Notes: generated by a model not told the origin, from the sequence alone. Shown: positions 28,454 to 38,750, counted from the stretch's first letter. The stretch is DNA of 64,000 bases from Candidatus Methanosuratincola mesotaenarum (GCA_038801705.1 JAULTC010000004.1:9868-73867); one strand, 5' to 3'. Numbers and translations: made by a program.

Positions 28454-29125
28454 TTGTCAGTCGCGCGGCTTTCCCTCTACGGGAACCCTAACATAGGTGC
28501 TTTCACTTTTTCCACAGACTCCTTCTCCCTTGTCCCGCCGGACATGCCTGATGGGACGATCAAAGCGTTTTCAGAGGCGCTATGCGTCCCAGCCTACCGC
28601 ACGACCGTCTCCGGAAGCGTCCTCCTAGGGATATTCACGATAGGCAACTCTAGGGGATTAATACTCCCTGGGACGGCAACCGAGAACGAAGTGCAGCAGA
28701 TAGAAGAGATGACCTCACTCCCTGTCACGGTTTATGAGGGTAAGGCAAATGCTCTGGGTAACATGGTTCTCTTGGGTGAGAGGGCGGCATTGATCGGCCA
28801 AGGGGCGGACAAGAGGTTAATTGAGCTCATACAGTATCGCCTAGGGGTGGAGGTCTACGAGGGGAGGATCGCGGGGATAAATATGCCAGGGGCATGCGCC
28901 GTCATCAACAAAAAAGGGATCGTCTCTCATCCTTTCACGAGCGAGGCAGAAGCCGGCAAATTGAGCAAAATATTTAATATACCGGTGGACGTTTCTACCG
29001 TTAACTGCGGTTCCCCGTATCTGAGGGTTGGTATGACCGCCAATTCGTACGGTGCAGTTGTCGGTCATGAAACGACCGGGCCTGAAATGGCAAGGATCGA
29101 ATCCTCTTTAGGTCTCACAGGGTGA
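28454..29125 (+). CDS. eif6: Translation initiation factor 6 (aIF6)
   Basis: GNPNIG, TVNCGSPY, ANSYGAVVG..TTGPE. Confidence 0.95.
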   Translation: MSVARLSLYGNPNIGAFTFSTDSFSLVPPDMPDGTIKAFSEALCVPAYRTTVSGSVLLGIFTIGNSRGLILPGTATENEVQQIEEMTSLPVTVYEGKANALGNMVLLGERAALIGQGADKRLIELIQYRLGVEVYEGRIAGINMPGACAVINKKGIVSHPFTSEAEAGKLSKIFNIPVDVSTVNCGSPYLRVGMTANSYGAVVGHETTGPEMARIESSLGLTG

Positions 29126-29131
29126 TGGTGT

Positions 29132-29326
29132 ATGGAAAAGAACTACATGATTAAGGGCAAGATGAAGCAACTCTATGGGTGGGTTGACTTCGAAAAGTCG
29201 GTTGCAGCTCCCACCGAAGCGCTGGCAAGAGAGAGGGCGCTGTGCATACTGGGTGGGAATCACAAGTTAAAGCGCTTCCAGATAAGGATAGACTCGATAC
29301 GTGAGGAACCGGTGAAGGCAGAATGA
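29132..29326 (+). CDS. rpl18a: 50S ribosomal protein L18Ae/LX
   Basis: ARERALCILGGNHKLKR..I.I. Confidence 0.88.
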   Translation: MEKNYMIKGKMKQLYGWVDFEKSVAAPTEALARERALCILGGNHKLKRFQIRIDSIREEPVKAE

Positions 29327-29769
29327 CCTCGCCTCAGCCCTCCCAGAAGGAGCTCCTAGATGAGCTCCTCCAGGAGTTCTCAAACCTGAAGGCTTATGCT
29401 GATGCGATACGCCAGCAGATCGAGCTCACGACCAATGTCCTCGCCGAACTTGTGCTATCAAAGTCCTCGCTTGAGGAGATAAAGGCCAGGGATGGAAAAG
29501 GCGAGGTTCTTGTCCACGTCGGTGCCGGCAACTACATAAGCGTCCAGCTCAATTCCGTCCAGACTGTCATCGTCGGCGTTGGCGCGGGGATTTCTGTCGA
29601 GAAGAGCATATCTGATGCCATAGCCGAAATGGATTCCAGGATCAAGCAGGCTCAGGAGCAGTCAGTCAGGCTACAGGACCAATATAATAAGGTCTCGCAG
29701 AGGCTCGTCCAAGTCCAAGATCAGGTAGACCGTATCTACACGAAGCTTGAGGCCACTGGGCAGGCGTAG
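29323..29769 (+). CDS. pfdA: Prefoldin subunit alpha
   Basis: LVHVGAG and VIVGVGAGISVEK hairpins flanked by coiled coils. Confidence 0.94.
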   Translation: MTSPQPSQKELLDELLQEFSNLKAYADAIRQQIELTTNVLAELVLSKSSLEEIKARDGKGEVLVHVGAGNYISVQLNSVQTVIVGVGAGISVEKSISDAIAEMDSRIKQAQEQSVRLQDQYNKVSQRLVQVQDQVDRIYTKLEATGQA

Positions 29770-29772
29770 CAG

Positions 29773-30675
29773 TTGTTCGACAGGCTAAAGAAGGCAATAG
29801 GCAACCTAGTTGACCAGATCTCTTCAAAGAAGGTTTCCGAGTCAGACCTGGAGTCCCTGCTCTGGGAATTCCAGATGTCCTTGGTCGAGTGCGATGTGGC
29901 ACTGCCAGTCGCCGAGGAGATCTCAAGCAAGATAAAGGAGCGGCTCGTCGGCTCAAAGGTCGCCCTCTTCGAGGACCTCCGTCCCGTAGTCGAGTCAGAG
30001 CTAAGGTCCATATTGAAGGAGACACTTGCCTATTATGACCTCTTCGATCTCATCGAACAAAAGCGGCCGTTCGTAATCATGTTCGTCGGCGTAAACGGCA
30101 CCGGTAAGACGACCACGATAGCCAAGCTCGCAAAGCAGCTGAAGGGAAAAGGGCTGAGCGTGGTCTTCGCATGCAGCGACACCTACAGGGCAGGGTCTGA
30201 GGAACAGATCGAGACCCATGCCGAACGCTTGGGGCTGAAGGTGATAAAGCACAAATACGGTGCAGATCCCGCAGCCGTTGCATACGACGCGGTCGCCTAT
30301 GCCAGGAAAAACAACATAGACGTGGTTCTGATTGATACTGCTGGAAGGATGCAGACTGACAAGGACTTGATGGGTGAGCTCATGAAGATCCAGCGAGTTG
30401 CCTCTCCGGATCTCACAATATTCGTGGGGGATTCTCTGGCCGGAAACGACGCCCTGCAGCAGGCGTCCGAGTTCGGCATGTATGTAAAGATCGACGGCGT
30501 GATCCTCACAAAAGTGGATGCAGACGCAAAGGGCGGTTCTGCCATCTCGATCTCGAGCGCCCTCAGAAAGCCAATATTCTTCCTTGGTGTTGGCCAGGGT
30601 TACGACGACCTTGTGCCGTTCGATCCCAACTGGGTCATCGAAAACATCTTGTCAAAGCAGCCCAAGGCAGAATGA
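29773..30675 (+). CDS. ftsY: SRP receptor FtsY
   Basis: GVNGTGKTTT, DTYRAG, DTAGR, TKVD, GVGQ.Y.DL. Confidence 0.97.
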   Translation: MFDRLKKAIGNLVDQISSKKVSESDLESLLWEFQMSLVECDVALPVAEEISSKIKERLVGSKVALFEDLRPVVESELRSILKETLAYYDLFDLIEQKRPFVIMFVGVNGTGKTTTIAKLAKQLKGKGLSVVFACSDTYRAGSEEQIETHAERLGLKVIKHKYGADPAAVAYDAVAYARKNNIDVVLIDTAGRMQTDKDLMGELMKIQRVASPDLTIFVGDSLAGNDALQQASEFGMYVKIDGVILTKVDADAKGGSAISISSALRKPIFFLGVGQGYDDLVPFDPNWVIENILSKQPKAE

Positions 30676-30745
30676 TTTGCTTTATCAACAGAAAAGATTT
30701 TTAGGCTCGCATCGATAATTAAAGAGCCTTGCCTTGGTGCAGAAG

Positions 30746-31675
30746 ATGGATCTCAGAGGCCGCGATTTCCTAAGGACCAGGGACTTCTCTACTGAGGAGC
30801 TTCAGCTCATTCTCAAAAGGGCATCGCAGATGAAGCTTGAACTAAAGCGCAAGAAGAAACCATACCTATACCTTAGGGGGAAGAGCGTTGCGATGCTCTT
30901 CCAGAAGCCTTCGACGAGGACTAGGCTCTCCTTCGATGTGGGTATCCACCAGCTCGGAGGTCATCCCATCTACCTGAACTGGGTCGATCTCCAGCTCGGG
31001 CGGGGAGAGACTGTGGCCGACACAGGGAGGATATTCGGCTGCTACGTCGACGGGATTGTCGCGAGAGTTTTCAGGCATTCTGACTTGGAGGTCCTTGCAG
31101 AGTCATCTCCAGTGCCGGTGATAAATGCCCTCAGTGACGAGTTCCATCCTTGCCAAGCGCTGAGCGACTGCTTCACGATAATCGAGAAGAAGGGGCGTCT
31201 GGAGGGGCTAAATATTACCTTTGTTGGGGATGGCGGCAGCAATGTGTCCCAGTCACTGGCCGAGGCCGTGCTCCAGCTGGGGGGTAACGTGACAATCTCA
31301 TCGCCTAAAGAGTATTCCCCAAGGGAGGATCTGGTCGCCGAACTCCGGAGACTTGCAAGAAAAGGCGCAAAGCTCCGGATCACAGAGGATCCCATCGAGG
31401 CGGTAAGGGAGGCAGATGTTGTCTACACTGATGTGTGGGTATCGATGGGGTTCGAGTCCGAGGCGGGGGATCGGGTGCGCGCCCTCCGCCCTTACCAGGT
31501 AAACTCAGAGCTGCTCTCGCTTGCTGCGACGGACGCAATAGTGATGCACTGCCTGCCCGCCCACAGGGGTGAAGAGATCGCCTCTGAGACCATCGACGGC
31601 CCCAGATCGGTTGTGTGGGAACAAGCCGAAAACCGCCTCCATGTGCAGAAGAGCATACTCTCCCTCGTCCTGTGA
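30746..31675 (+). CDS. argF: Ornithine carbamoyltransferase
   Basis: KPSTRTR, HPCQ, DVWVSMG, HCLPAHRG. Confidence 0.96.
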   Translation: MDLRGRDFLRTRDFSTEELQLILKRASQMKLELKRKKKPYLYLRGKSVAMLFQKPSTRTRLSFDVGIHQLGGHPIYLNWVDLQLGRGETVADTGRIFGCYVDGIVARVFRHSDLEVLAESSPVPVINALSDEFHPCQALSDCFTIIEKKGRLEGLNITFVGDGGSNVSQSLAEAVLQLGGNVTISSPKEYSPREDLVAELRRLARKGAKLRITEDPIEAVREADVVYTDVWVSMGFESEAGDRVRALRPYQVNSELLSLAATDAIVMHCLPAHRGEEIASETIDGPRSVVWEQAENRLHVQKSILSLVL

Positions 31676-31694
31676 TGGTCTGCTGGTGTAGGAT

Positions 31695-32483
31695 TTGAAG
31701 CTTCTGGTCTACTCAAGCTCTGATCTAGCCGGGATAAACATGGCAGAACACTTGGAGGCTGCAATCCCATTCGTCCCTTCAGAAATGGGAGGGATCTATG
31801 GTAAGGCCCACGGTGACCTCTTCCTAGTGGAGACCTCCTCCAGCCTCATCGATCTGGACCTCAGCCCACAAGGCGTTGAATGGGCTCTCTGCCTCTCGAA
31901 GCACAAGAGCTCGTCGGGCAAGCCCTGCCTCACCGCACACACGCCTGGGAACCTTGGACCGACTGCGGAATACGGAGGGAGGCCCGGTGCCGTTGGCATA
32001 TCAAACCCGCCGCTCCAATCCAACCTGATCCGGGAACTACGCTCAGAGTGCGACCGCCGCAGTGTAGCCATCCAAGTCACCGTCGAGGCCACTCACCACG
32101 GTCCGACAGACCTTGGCTACCCAGTCACCTTCATCGAGATAGGGAGCGACGATGGATCATGGATCGACCCCCTCTTGGGCGAGATGGTCGCCTCAGCAGT
32201 CCGCCGTTCGCTGGATCCGAGACAGAGGAAGAGAAACGCAATGGGCGTCGGTGGAGGGCACTACTCCGAAAAATTCACCAGACTCATCCTTGACGGAGAG
32301 TTTGACGTCGGCCACATCGTTCCAAAGTACGCGCTGTCTGAAGGTTTTGATCTTGGGATCTTCAAAAAGTGCCATGAGCGGACCCTCGGTGGCTGCGATT
32401 ATGTTTTGGCTGACTGGAAAGGCACCCCATCAAAAGCAAAGTGTTACCTCAAGTCCTTAGATGTAGAGCTGGTCAGGGTCTGA
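31695..32483 (+). CDS. dtdA: D-aminoacyl-tRNA deacylase (DTD2/GEK1 type)
   Basis: SKHKS, TAHTPGN, EATHHGPT, FIEIGS, GGGHY. Confidence 0.92.
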   Translation: MKLLVYSSSDLAGINMAEHLEAAIPFVPSEMGGIYGKAHGDLFLVETSSSLIDLDLSPQGVEWALCLSKHKSSSGKPCLTAHTPGNLGPTAEYGGRPGAVGISNPPLQSNLIRELRSECDRRSVAIQVTVEATHHGPTDLGYPVTFIEIGSDDGSWIDPLLGEMVASAVRRSLDPRQRKRNAMGVGGGHYSEKFTRLILDGEFDVGHIVPKYALSEGFDLGIFKKCHERTLGGCDYVLADWKGTPSKAKCYLKSLDVELVRV

Positions 32484-32551
32484 GCTTTGGAAAGCTTTAA
32501 ATTGAGCCTTGGGTTGATACCCCTTTGCTCACATAAACAAATTGGTGAGTA

Positions 32552-32731
32552 ATGATGGGTCTATCCGAGTCTTTGCGGTCTATTGGCAAGGTCCTGAAGC
32601 TTTCGAGAAAGCCGGGCATGGATGAGCTTAAGCTATCGTTAAGGATTTGCTTCCTCGGCCTCATCGCCGTCGGGATCTTCGGCTTCATAATCCAGCTTAT
32701 CGCATCACTGCTGCTCGGAATCGGGGGGTAA
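32552..32731 (+). CDS. secE: Protein translocase subunit SecE/Sec61-gamma
   Basis: VLKLSRKPG.DE followed by one TM helix; upstream of spt5. Confidence 0.9.
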   Translation: MMGLSESLRSIGKVLKLSRKPGMDELKLSLRICFLGLIAVGIFGFIIQLIASLLLGIGG

Positions 32732-32737
32732 CGTGGC

Positions 32738-33292
32738 TTGTCTGAAACGCAGCCAGGGTCGACCAAGATCTTTGCCATAAGGGCAACTGCTGGGCAGGAG
32801 GAGAATGTAGCCCTACTCATCGAGCGGCGCGTAAAGTCCAAGAACGTCCCCATAAAGGCAATCGTCTCCCCGCAGGATGTGCGGGGCTACGTGTTCATTG
32901 AGGCAAGCGGGCCTAACGTTGTGAATCTTGCAATCGAAGACGTGAAACACATAAAAGGGTGCATTCCAGGAAAGGTCGATTTCGATGACCTGTTGCGCTT
33001 CATACTCCCAAAGCCGGCTGCAGAGCTGGTCGACGTAAACGACAAAGTCGAGATCGTTGGGGGACCGTTCAAGGGTATGCAGGCAAAGGTCACGCGTGTT
33101 GACAGGACGAAGGGCGAGGTGACCTTGGAGCTGTTAGAGGCTCCTTACACTCTGCCCATAACTGTGCATGCCGAGCAGGTGAAGCTCGTGGCGCGCGGCG
33201 AACCGCCAAAGACCCAAGAGAAAGCTGAGGGCGCAAAGACTGAAGGGAAGACTGACATCTTCAAAGCCTTCGAGGAACTTGAGGAGGAATAG
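32738..33292 (+). CDS. spt5: Transcription elongation factor Spt5/NusG
   Basis: GQEENVA, GYVFIEA, KOW GGPFKG. Confidence 0.96.
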   Translation: MSETQPGSTKIFAIRATAGQEENVALLIERRVKSKNVPIKAIVSPQDVRGYVFIEASGPNVVNLAIEDVKHIKGCIPGKVDFDDLLRFILPKPAAELVDVNDKVEIVGGPFKGMQAKVTRVDRTKGEVTLELLEAPYTLPITVHAEQVKLVARGEPPKTQEKAEGAKTEGKTDIFKAFEELEEE

Positions 33293-33294
33293 AT

Positions 33295-33804
33295 ACGACG
33301 ACTAAAAAAATCTTCAACTTCTTGGTTGACGGAGGAAAGGCGACTGGAGGGCCGCCTATTGGTCCCACGCTCGGACCGACCGGCCTGAACATCATGTCTG
33401 TCGTCAACAAGATAAACGATCTGACCAAGGAGTTTGAGGGCATGAAAGTTCCAGTGAAGGTTATCGCCGACCCGGAAACCAAGGAATTTGAGGTCGAGGT
33501 CGGTGTACCTACCACCACTGCCTTGATAGTCAAGGAGCTGCACCTGGAGAAGTGCTCCAGCAACTCAAAGACTGAAAAGGTGGGAGACCTCAGCATTGAA
33601 CAGGCTATAAAGATAGCCAAGACGAGGTACCCCCTCTCGGTGGCAAGGTCGCTGAAGTCTTGCCTCAAGGAAGTCCTTGGGACATGCGTTTCGATCGGCG
33701 TTACCGTAGCTGGCAAAGATCCAAGGGAGGTTCAGAAAGAGATCTCCGAAGGAGTCTATGACGACCTAATAAATGCCGCGGAGGGAGTACCCAGTGGAAC
33801 TTGA
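33295..33804 (+). CDS. rpl11: 50S ribosomal protein L11 (probable ACG start)
   Basis: GGKATGGPPIGPTLGP, KEVLGTC.SIG; the homologous N-terminus extends upstream of the TTG at 33322. Confidence 0.95.
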   Translation, partial: TTTKKIFNFLVDGGKATGGPPIGPTLGPTGLNIMSVVNKINDLTKEFEGMKVPVKVIADPETKEFEVEVGVPTTTALIVKELHLEKCSSNSKTEKVGDLSIEQAIKIAKTRYPLSVARSLKSCLKEVLGTCVSIGVTVAGKDPREVQKEISEGVYDDLINAAEGVPSGT

Positions 33805-34438
33805 TCAAAACCAGTTGGTAAGCCTAGTCGAGGCGGCCAAGAAGAACTCAAAAAAGCGTAATTTTGTTCAGGCAGTTGAGCTCTTCCTGACCTTCAAGGA
33901 CCTCGACATGAAGTCGCCTGAGAACAGGATAAATGAGCTAGTTACCCTGCCACACGGGCCGGGCAAGGAGAACAAGATCTGCGTAATCGCAGACGGAGAC
34001 TTGGTAACGAAGGCGAGGTCCGCCGGGGCTGACCTGGTGATCACCAAGCAGGAGATAGACCAGTACGCAGGAAACAAGAAGGCTATAAAGAAGTTGGCTG
34101 ATGCTTACGACTACTTCATGGCCAGGACCGATCTTATGGCACTTGTCGGAAAGACCTTCGGCACAGTCCTTGGCCCGAGAGGGAAGATGCCAGAACCTCT
34201 TCCGCCCGCTGCAAACGTTGAAGCTCTAATCAAGAAGTACCGTAATTCCGTGCGGATCAGGGTTAGGGATCAGCCCGCGGTCAGGTGCAGGGTAGGCTCA
34301 GAGGATATGCCGTCCACTGCCCTGGCTGATAACATTATGAGTGTACTGAACACTGTTGACCGGAAGATAAAGCTCGACCAACACCTTTCAAAGCTTGCAG
34401 TAAAGACTACGATGGGCGCTCCGGCTAAATTGAGGTGA
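33794..34438 (+). CDS. rpl1: 50S ribosomal protein L1
   Basis: KKRNFVQAVEL, LGPRGKMP, KTTMG. Confidence 0.97.
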   Translation: MELDQNQLVSLVEAAKKNSKKRNFVQAVELFLTFKDLDMKSPENRINELVTLPHGPGKENKICVIADGDLVTKARSAGADLVITKQEIDQYAGNKKAIKKLADAYDYFMARTDLMALVGKTFGTVLGPRGKMPEPLPPAANVEALIKKYRNSVRIRVRDQPAVRCRVGSEDMPSTALADNIMSVLNTVDRKIKLDQHLSKLAVKTTMGAPAKLR

Positions 34439-34443
34439 TTGCG

Positions 34444-35310
34444 ATGTCAGTGAAAGCTTCTATCGTTGAAAAACAGAAGATTGTCCAGCGCATGAAAGAG
34501 TTATTCGAGAAGTACCCCGTGTTCGCGATCGCCGACCTGAAAGGGATGAAAGCGAACCAGCTCCAGCTGCTCAAGAAGAAGTTCAAGGACGATCTCGAGA
34601 TCCATGTCTCCAAGAATGCTATGGTATCCAGGGCGCTGAAAGAGATGGGCTTCAAGGACTATGAGGCTGTCTCGAAGTACCTCTCAGGCCCGAACGCGTT
34701 CGTATTCTCAAATAAGAGCCCATTCCAGTTGTACTTCATGTTCGAGAATAACAAGGTCGAGTCAGCCGCGTCGCCAGGAGAGATTGCTCCGAATGATATA
34801 GTCGTTACTGCAGGGAATACAGGGCTGCAGCCTGGTCCAATATTGAGCAAGTTCGGCGTGGCAAAGATCCCGACGAAGATGCAGGACGGAACAGTCTGGG
34901 TAGCTAGGGACACTACCGTCGTGGAGAAGGGTAAGGTCATCTCTGCGGATGTCGCAGACCTGCTTAGCAAACTCGGCCTGAAGCCCATACTCGTCGGTCT
35001 CAAGCTCCGCATGGCGTACGATGGCATTGTGATACCTGGTGAGATGCTAGCGGTAAACCTGGGCGAGTACCGCTCCATGGTCACGGACGCGGCGAGGTCG
35101 GCGTTCAACCTCTCTGTGAACGCAGCATACCCAACGGCTGACACAATAAGCTTCATAGTGATGAAGGCATATAACGAGGCCAAGGGCGTTGCAATCGAAG
35201 CTGGCGTCCCAATCCCTGAGATAATGGGCGAAATCATTTCAGTAGCTGCGGCGCGTGGAAAGGCAGTAGCGGCCGAGGCCTCGAAGAAACGCCCTGAACT
35301 GAACCTCTGA
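34444..35310 (+). CDS. rpl10: 50S ribosomal protein L10 (P0)
   Basis: SKNAM, AGNTGLQPGP, AFNLSVNAAYPT. Confidence 0.96.
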   Translation: MSVKASIVEKQKIVQRMKELFEKYPVFAIADLKGMKANQLQLLKKKFKDDLEIHVSKNAMVSRALKEMGFKDYEAVSKYLSGPNAFVFSNKSPFQLYFMFENNKVESAASPGEIAPNDIVVTAGNTGLQPGPILSKFGVAKIPTKMQDGTVWVARDTTVVEKGKVISADVADLLSKLGLKPILVGLKLRMAYDGIVIPGEMLAVNLGEYRSMVTDAARSAFNLSVNAAYPTADTISFIVMKAYNEAKGVAIEAGVPIPEIMGEIISVAAARGKAVAAEASKKRPELNL

Positions 35311-35441
35311 GGTGGATGTTTTGCAAGGGACGGCTCCCGGCGCGCTACAAGCCTCTCGCCCCACTATTTTTTCAGTTTCAAGCGAAGGATTTAAGTATCA
35401 AAGTTTTCGTATAACTCTACGCTTGTTTGGGGGTGATTAAG

Positions 35442-35756
35442 ATCGAATATATTTATGCCGGGATGCTTCTTCACAACGCGAAGCAGCCAATAAGCGAAGA
35501 AAACGTGAAGAGAGTGCTTTCTGCTGCAGGAATCTCAGTGGATGAGGTCAGAGTCAAGGCGTTGGTGGCAGCCCTCAGCGAGATCAACATCGATGAGGCA
35601 ATCAAAGCAGCAGCAGTACCTGTTGCTGCCGCCCCAGTAGCCGCTCCAGTTCAGGCCCCGGCAGAGGCAAAGAAGGAAGAAGAGGCAAAGGAAGAAAAGA
35701 AGGAAGAAGCTTCCGAGGAAGAGACTGCAGAAGGATTGGGCTCACTCTTCGGATAA
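35442..35756 (+). CDS. rpl12: 50S ribosomal protein L12 (P1), probable ATC start
   Basis: (M)[10 protein letters not shown], Ala-rich hinge, acidic tail ending GLGSLFG. Confidence 0.96.
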   Translation: MEYIYAGMLLHNAKQPISEENVKRVLSAAGISVDEVRVKALVAALSEINIDEAIKAAAVPVAAAPVAAPVQAPAEAKKEEEAKEEKKEEASEEETAEGLGSLFG

Positions 35757-35926
35757 ACTGGCTGGAGTACAGCCCTTGGGCCGGAAAAATGGCCCACCTT
35801 CATTTCCATTTTCTCGCTTCTAATTTTTCCCATCTCCATTATTTCCAGACACCGTTTCTTCTTCTGGAAGATCGCTTTCCAGAAGTGGACGCTGCCTGAA
35901 AACAGATTTATTTATCTTGTCCAACT

Positions 35927-38728
35927 ATGGATCAGTCCGTTGATATGAAGGTATTCAAAATGATTGCAGGATCTGAAGCTTACAGCCTAGAATTCTTCAG
36001 AGAGAACGGGTTCCACAGAAAGACCTGTAAGTCATGCGGGCGCAATTTCTGGACTTTGGATCCAGACAAAGAGCTCTGTGGAGATTCCCCCTGCACGCCT
36101 TACTCTTTCATAGGCGAACCGCCTATCAGAAGAAAGTACAGCGTTGGGGAGATGCGCGAGGCATTTCTCTCCTTTTTCGAGAGGCGCGGGCACGCCAGGG
36201 TTAGGAGGTATCCAGTAGTTGCGAGGTGGAGGGACGACATATTCCTCACCATAGCCTCGATTGCATGCTTCCAGCCCCACGTCACAAGCGGAGAAGTCCC
36301 GCCACCGTTTAACCCGCTCACGATCTCCCAGCCATGCATAAGGATGAATGATTTAGACAACGTGGGCAAGACTGGGGGCCGCCACATGAGCATATTTGAG
36401 ATGATGGCACACCATGCCTTCTCGAGCGCTGATGATGGGGCATACTGGAAGGAAGAGACCGTCAAGTACCACCATGAGTTCCTGACAAAAGAGCTAGGTG
36501 TTATGGGTGATGAGATCTCCTATATCGAGCACTGGTGGGAAGGCGGCGGGGACGCTGGTCCTGACCTTGAGGGGGTCGTCAGGGGCATCGAGCTCTCGAC
36601 CTTGGTCTTCATGCAGTACAGGAAGGTCGGTGGCGAATACCAGGAGCTGCCAATCAAGATTGTCGATACCGGTTACGGCCTCGAGCGCTTCACCTGGGTC
36701 TCCCAGGGCACGCCTACAGCATTCCAGGCAGTCTACGGGGAGCTCTTCGACGATTTTCTCTCGATCGCTGGGTTGGAGATGCCCGAAGGGGAAATACTCG
36801 CCGAGAGCATCCGGTACGCGGGCCTGATGGATGTTGTCGATTCGGGTTCATTGCGTGCAATGCGCGCGAAGGTGGCAGAGAGGATAGGCGCCAGCCCAGA
36901 CTCCTTGGAGAGGCTCCTCTCTCCGCTTGAGAGTGCCATGGCAGTTCTTGACCATACGAAGACTCTCGCTTTCATGCTTTGCGACGGCATCGTGCCATCC
37001 AACGTGAAGGCAGGTTACCTAGCAAGGCTGCTGATAAGGCGAACAAACAGGATTATCGAGTCCCTCGGGATCAGGTCTAGCCTTTCCGACCTCCTTATCA
37101 TGCAGGTGGAGTACTGGAAGTCCCAGTTCCCGGAGCTCTCCGAACGCGCAGATTACATCAGGAAGGTATGCGACCTCGAGGTGGGCCGATACATGAAAAC
37201 AATCGAGCAGGGGAAGGCGCTCGTCGGGAGGTTGGTCAACCTAAAGGCCATTCGGGAGACCAGAAGGTTGCCCGAAGAAAAGCTGATCGAGCTCTACGAC
37301 TCGAACGGTCTCCCTCCGGAGGTCGTGAAGGAAGTGTGCGAGGCCCAAGGGATATCCGTGGAGATCCCGGATACCTTCGACACCGTGGTCGCTGAGAGGC
37401 ACATGGCAGGACAAAAACAGCGGTCCCCAAAGGCGAACGAGCTGGGGGAGAGCAACCGTCCGTTCGAGGCCCTCCCGAGCCTGCCCGAGACGCGACTCGT
37501 CTACTACGAACAGCCGAAGCTACAAAGCCTTCGCTGCAAGGTGCTGTATGCGGATTCCGCCAGAGTTGTGCTCGACAGTACGATATTCTATCCAGAAGGT
37601 GGAGGGCAGCTAAGCGATACCGGAACAATCAGGAAGGGCAGCCTCACAGTCCGTGTTGTTGAGGCGCTGAAGTCGAGGGGAGTGGTAGTCCACATTGTCG
37701 AGGGTGGCAACGCCTTGGCTGCTGGGGATGAGGTCGAATGCGAAGTTGACTGGGAGCGGAGGAATGGCCTTGCTAGGCACCACTCATCGACCCATGTCCT
37801 CCTAGGTGCGGCGAGGAAGGTCCTCGGGGATCATGTCTGGCAGGAGGGCGCGCAGAAATACGTCGAGCGGAGCAGGTTGGACATATCCCACTTCGAGAAG
37901 ATAACCGCCGAACAGCTGAGGGATATGGAGTATCTCGCGAACCGCATCATAGAGGAGTGCCGCCCGATCAGGGCATACTTCGAGGATAGGAACAAGGCTG
38001 AGCAGAAGTTCGGAATGCGGCTCTACCAAGGTGGGGTCGTCTACGGCCCGACGATAAGGATCGTCGAGATAGATGGTTGGGATGCTGAAGCATGCGGCGG
38101 GCTGCACTGCTCGAATACCGGTGAGATAGGCTTCTTGAAGATAATCCATGCGGAGCGCATACAGGATGGGGTCGAGAGGATCGAGTTCGCCTCCGGGCTG
38201 GCAGCCCTCGCGTATGTGCAGGGCTTGGAGTCGAGGGTGGAGCAAGTCTCCGCAATCCTGAACACCCCGGCGGACAGGCTGGAGAAGTCCGCTGAGGGGA
38301 TCGTCTCGTCGCTGTCCGATTCCAAGAAGGCAGTTGAGCGCCTCAGGAGGGCCCTGGCATCCGAGATCTTTCCTTTCCTTGCACCTTCAGCCGAGGAAGT
38401 CGCCAGATTCAGGCTTTATCGCCGCCTATTCGAGAACCTCCGCAGCGAAGACCTCCTAGCGATCGGGTCTTACATCGTGAGCAGGGACCCTGACGCCGTT
38501 GTCTTCCTTGCGTCCTTGACCGACGGAGGCTTGCTTGTAATGGCGGGGAATTCTGCTGTAAGAGCTGGTGTTGATGCAGGGAGGATTGCCGCAGATCTCT
38601 CAAAGTCCCTCTCTGGAAAGGGGGGTGGGAAGCAGGACTTGGGCCAGGGGAAAGTGCCCACCTCTTCTCTGAGCGGCTTCGATGATGTCGCGGTAAGGCT
38701 TAAGGGTATCCTTAAGGCAATTAGTTGA
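35927..38728 (+). CDS. alaS: Alanine--tRNA ligase
   Basis: YPVVARWR, FEMMAHH, DTGYGLER, editing HSSTH..CGGLH, C-Ala GKGGG. Confidence 0.98.
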   Translation: MDQSVDMKVFKMIAGSEAYSLEFFRENGFHRKTCKSCGRNFWTLDPDKELCGDSPCTPYSFIGEPPIRRKYSVGEMREAFLSFFERRGHARVRRYPVVARWRDDIFLTIASIACFQPHVTSGEVPPPFNPLTISQPCIRMNDLDNVGKTGGRHMSIFEMMAHHAFSSADDGAYWKEETVKYHHEFLTKELGVMGDEISYIEHWWEGGGDAGPDLEGVVRGIELSTLVFMQYRKVGGEYQELPIKIVDTGYGLERFTWVSQGTPTAFQAVYGELFDDFLSIAGLEMPEGEILAESIRYAGLMDVVDSGSLRAMRAKVAERIGASPDSLERLLSPLESAMAVLDHTKTLAFMLCDGIVPSNVKAGYLARLLIRRTNRIIESLGIRSSLSDLLIMQVEYWKSQFPELSERADYIRKVCDLEVGRYMKTIEQGKALVGRLVNLKAIRETRRLPEEKLIELYDSNGLPPEVVKEVCEAQGISVEIPDTFDTVVAERHMAGQKQRSPKANELGESNRPFEALPSLPETRLVYYEQPKLQSLRCKVLYADSARVVLDSTIFYPEGGGQLSDTGTIRKGSLTVRVVEALKSRGVVVHIVEGGNALAAGDEVECEVDWERRNGLARHHSSTHVLLGAARKVLGDHVWQEGAQKYVERSRLDISHFEKITAEQLRDMEYLANRIIEECRPIRAYFEDRNKAEQKFGMRLYQGGVVYGPTIRIVEIDGWDAEACGGLHCSNTGEIGFLKIIHAERIQDGVERIEFASGLAALAYVQGLESRVEQVSAILNTPADRLEKSAEGIVSSLSDSKKAVERLRRALASEIFPFLAPSAEEVARFRLYRRLFENLRSEDLLAIGSYIVSRDPDAVVFLASLTDGGLLVMAGNSAVRAGVDAGRIAADLSKSLSGKGGGKQDLGQGKVPTSSLSGFDDVAVRLKGILKAIS

Positions 38729-38750
38729 TCTGTCCTGACTAATTGACCCG

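Noticed and set aside
35861-35885. CTTCTGGAA/TTCCAGAAG inverted repeat as an ORB/replication origin
   Set aside because: No G-string, no repeated ORBs and no adjacent cdc6/orc1; more likely a terminator or operator between rpl12 and alaS.
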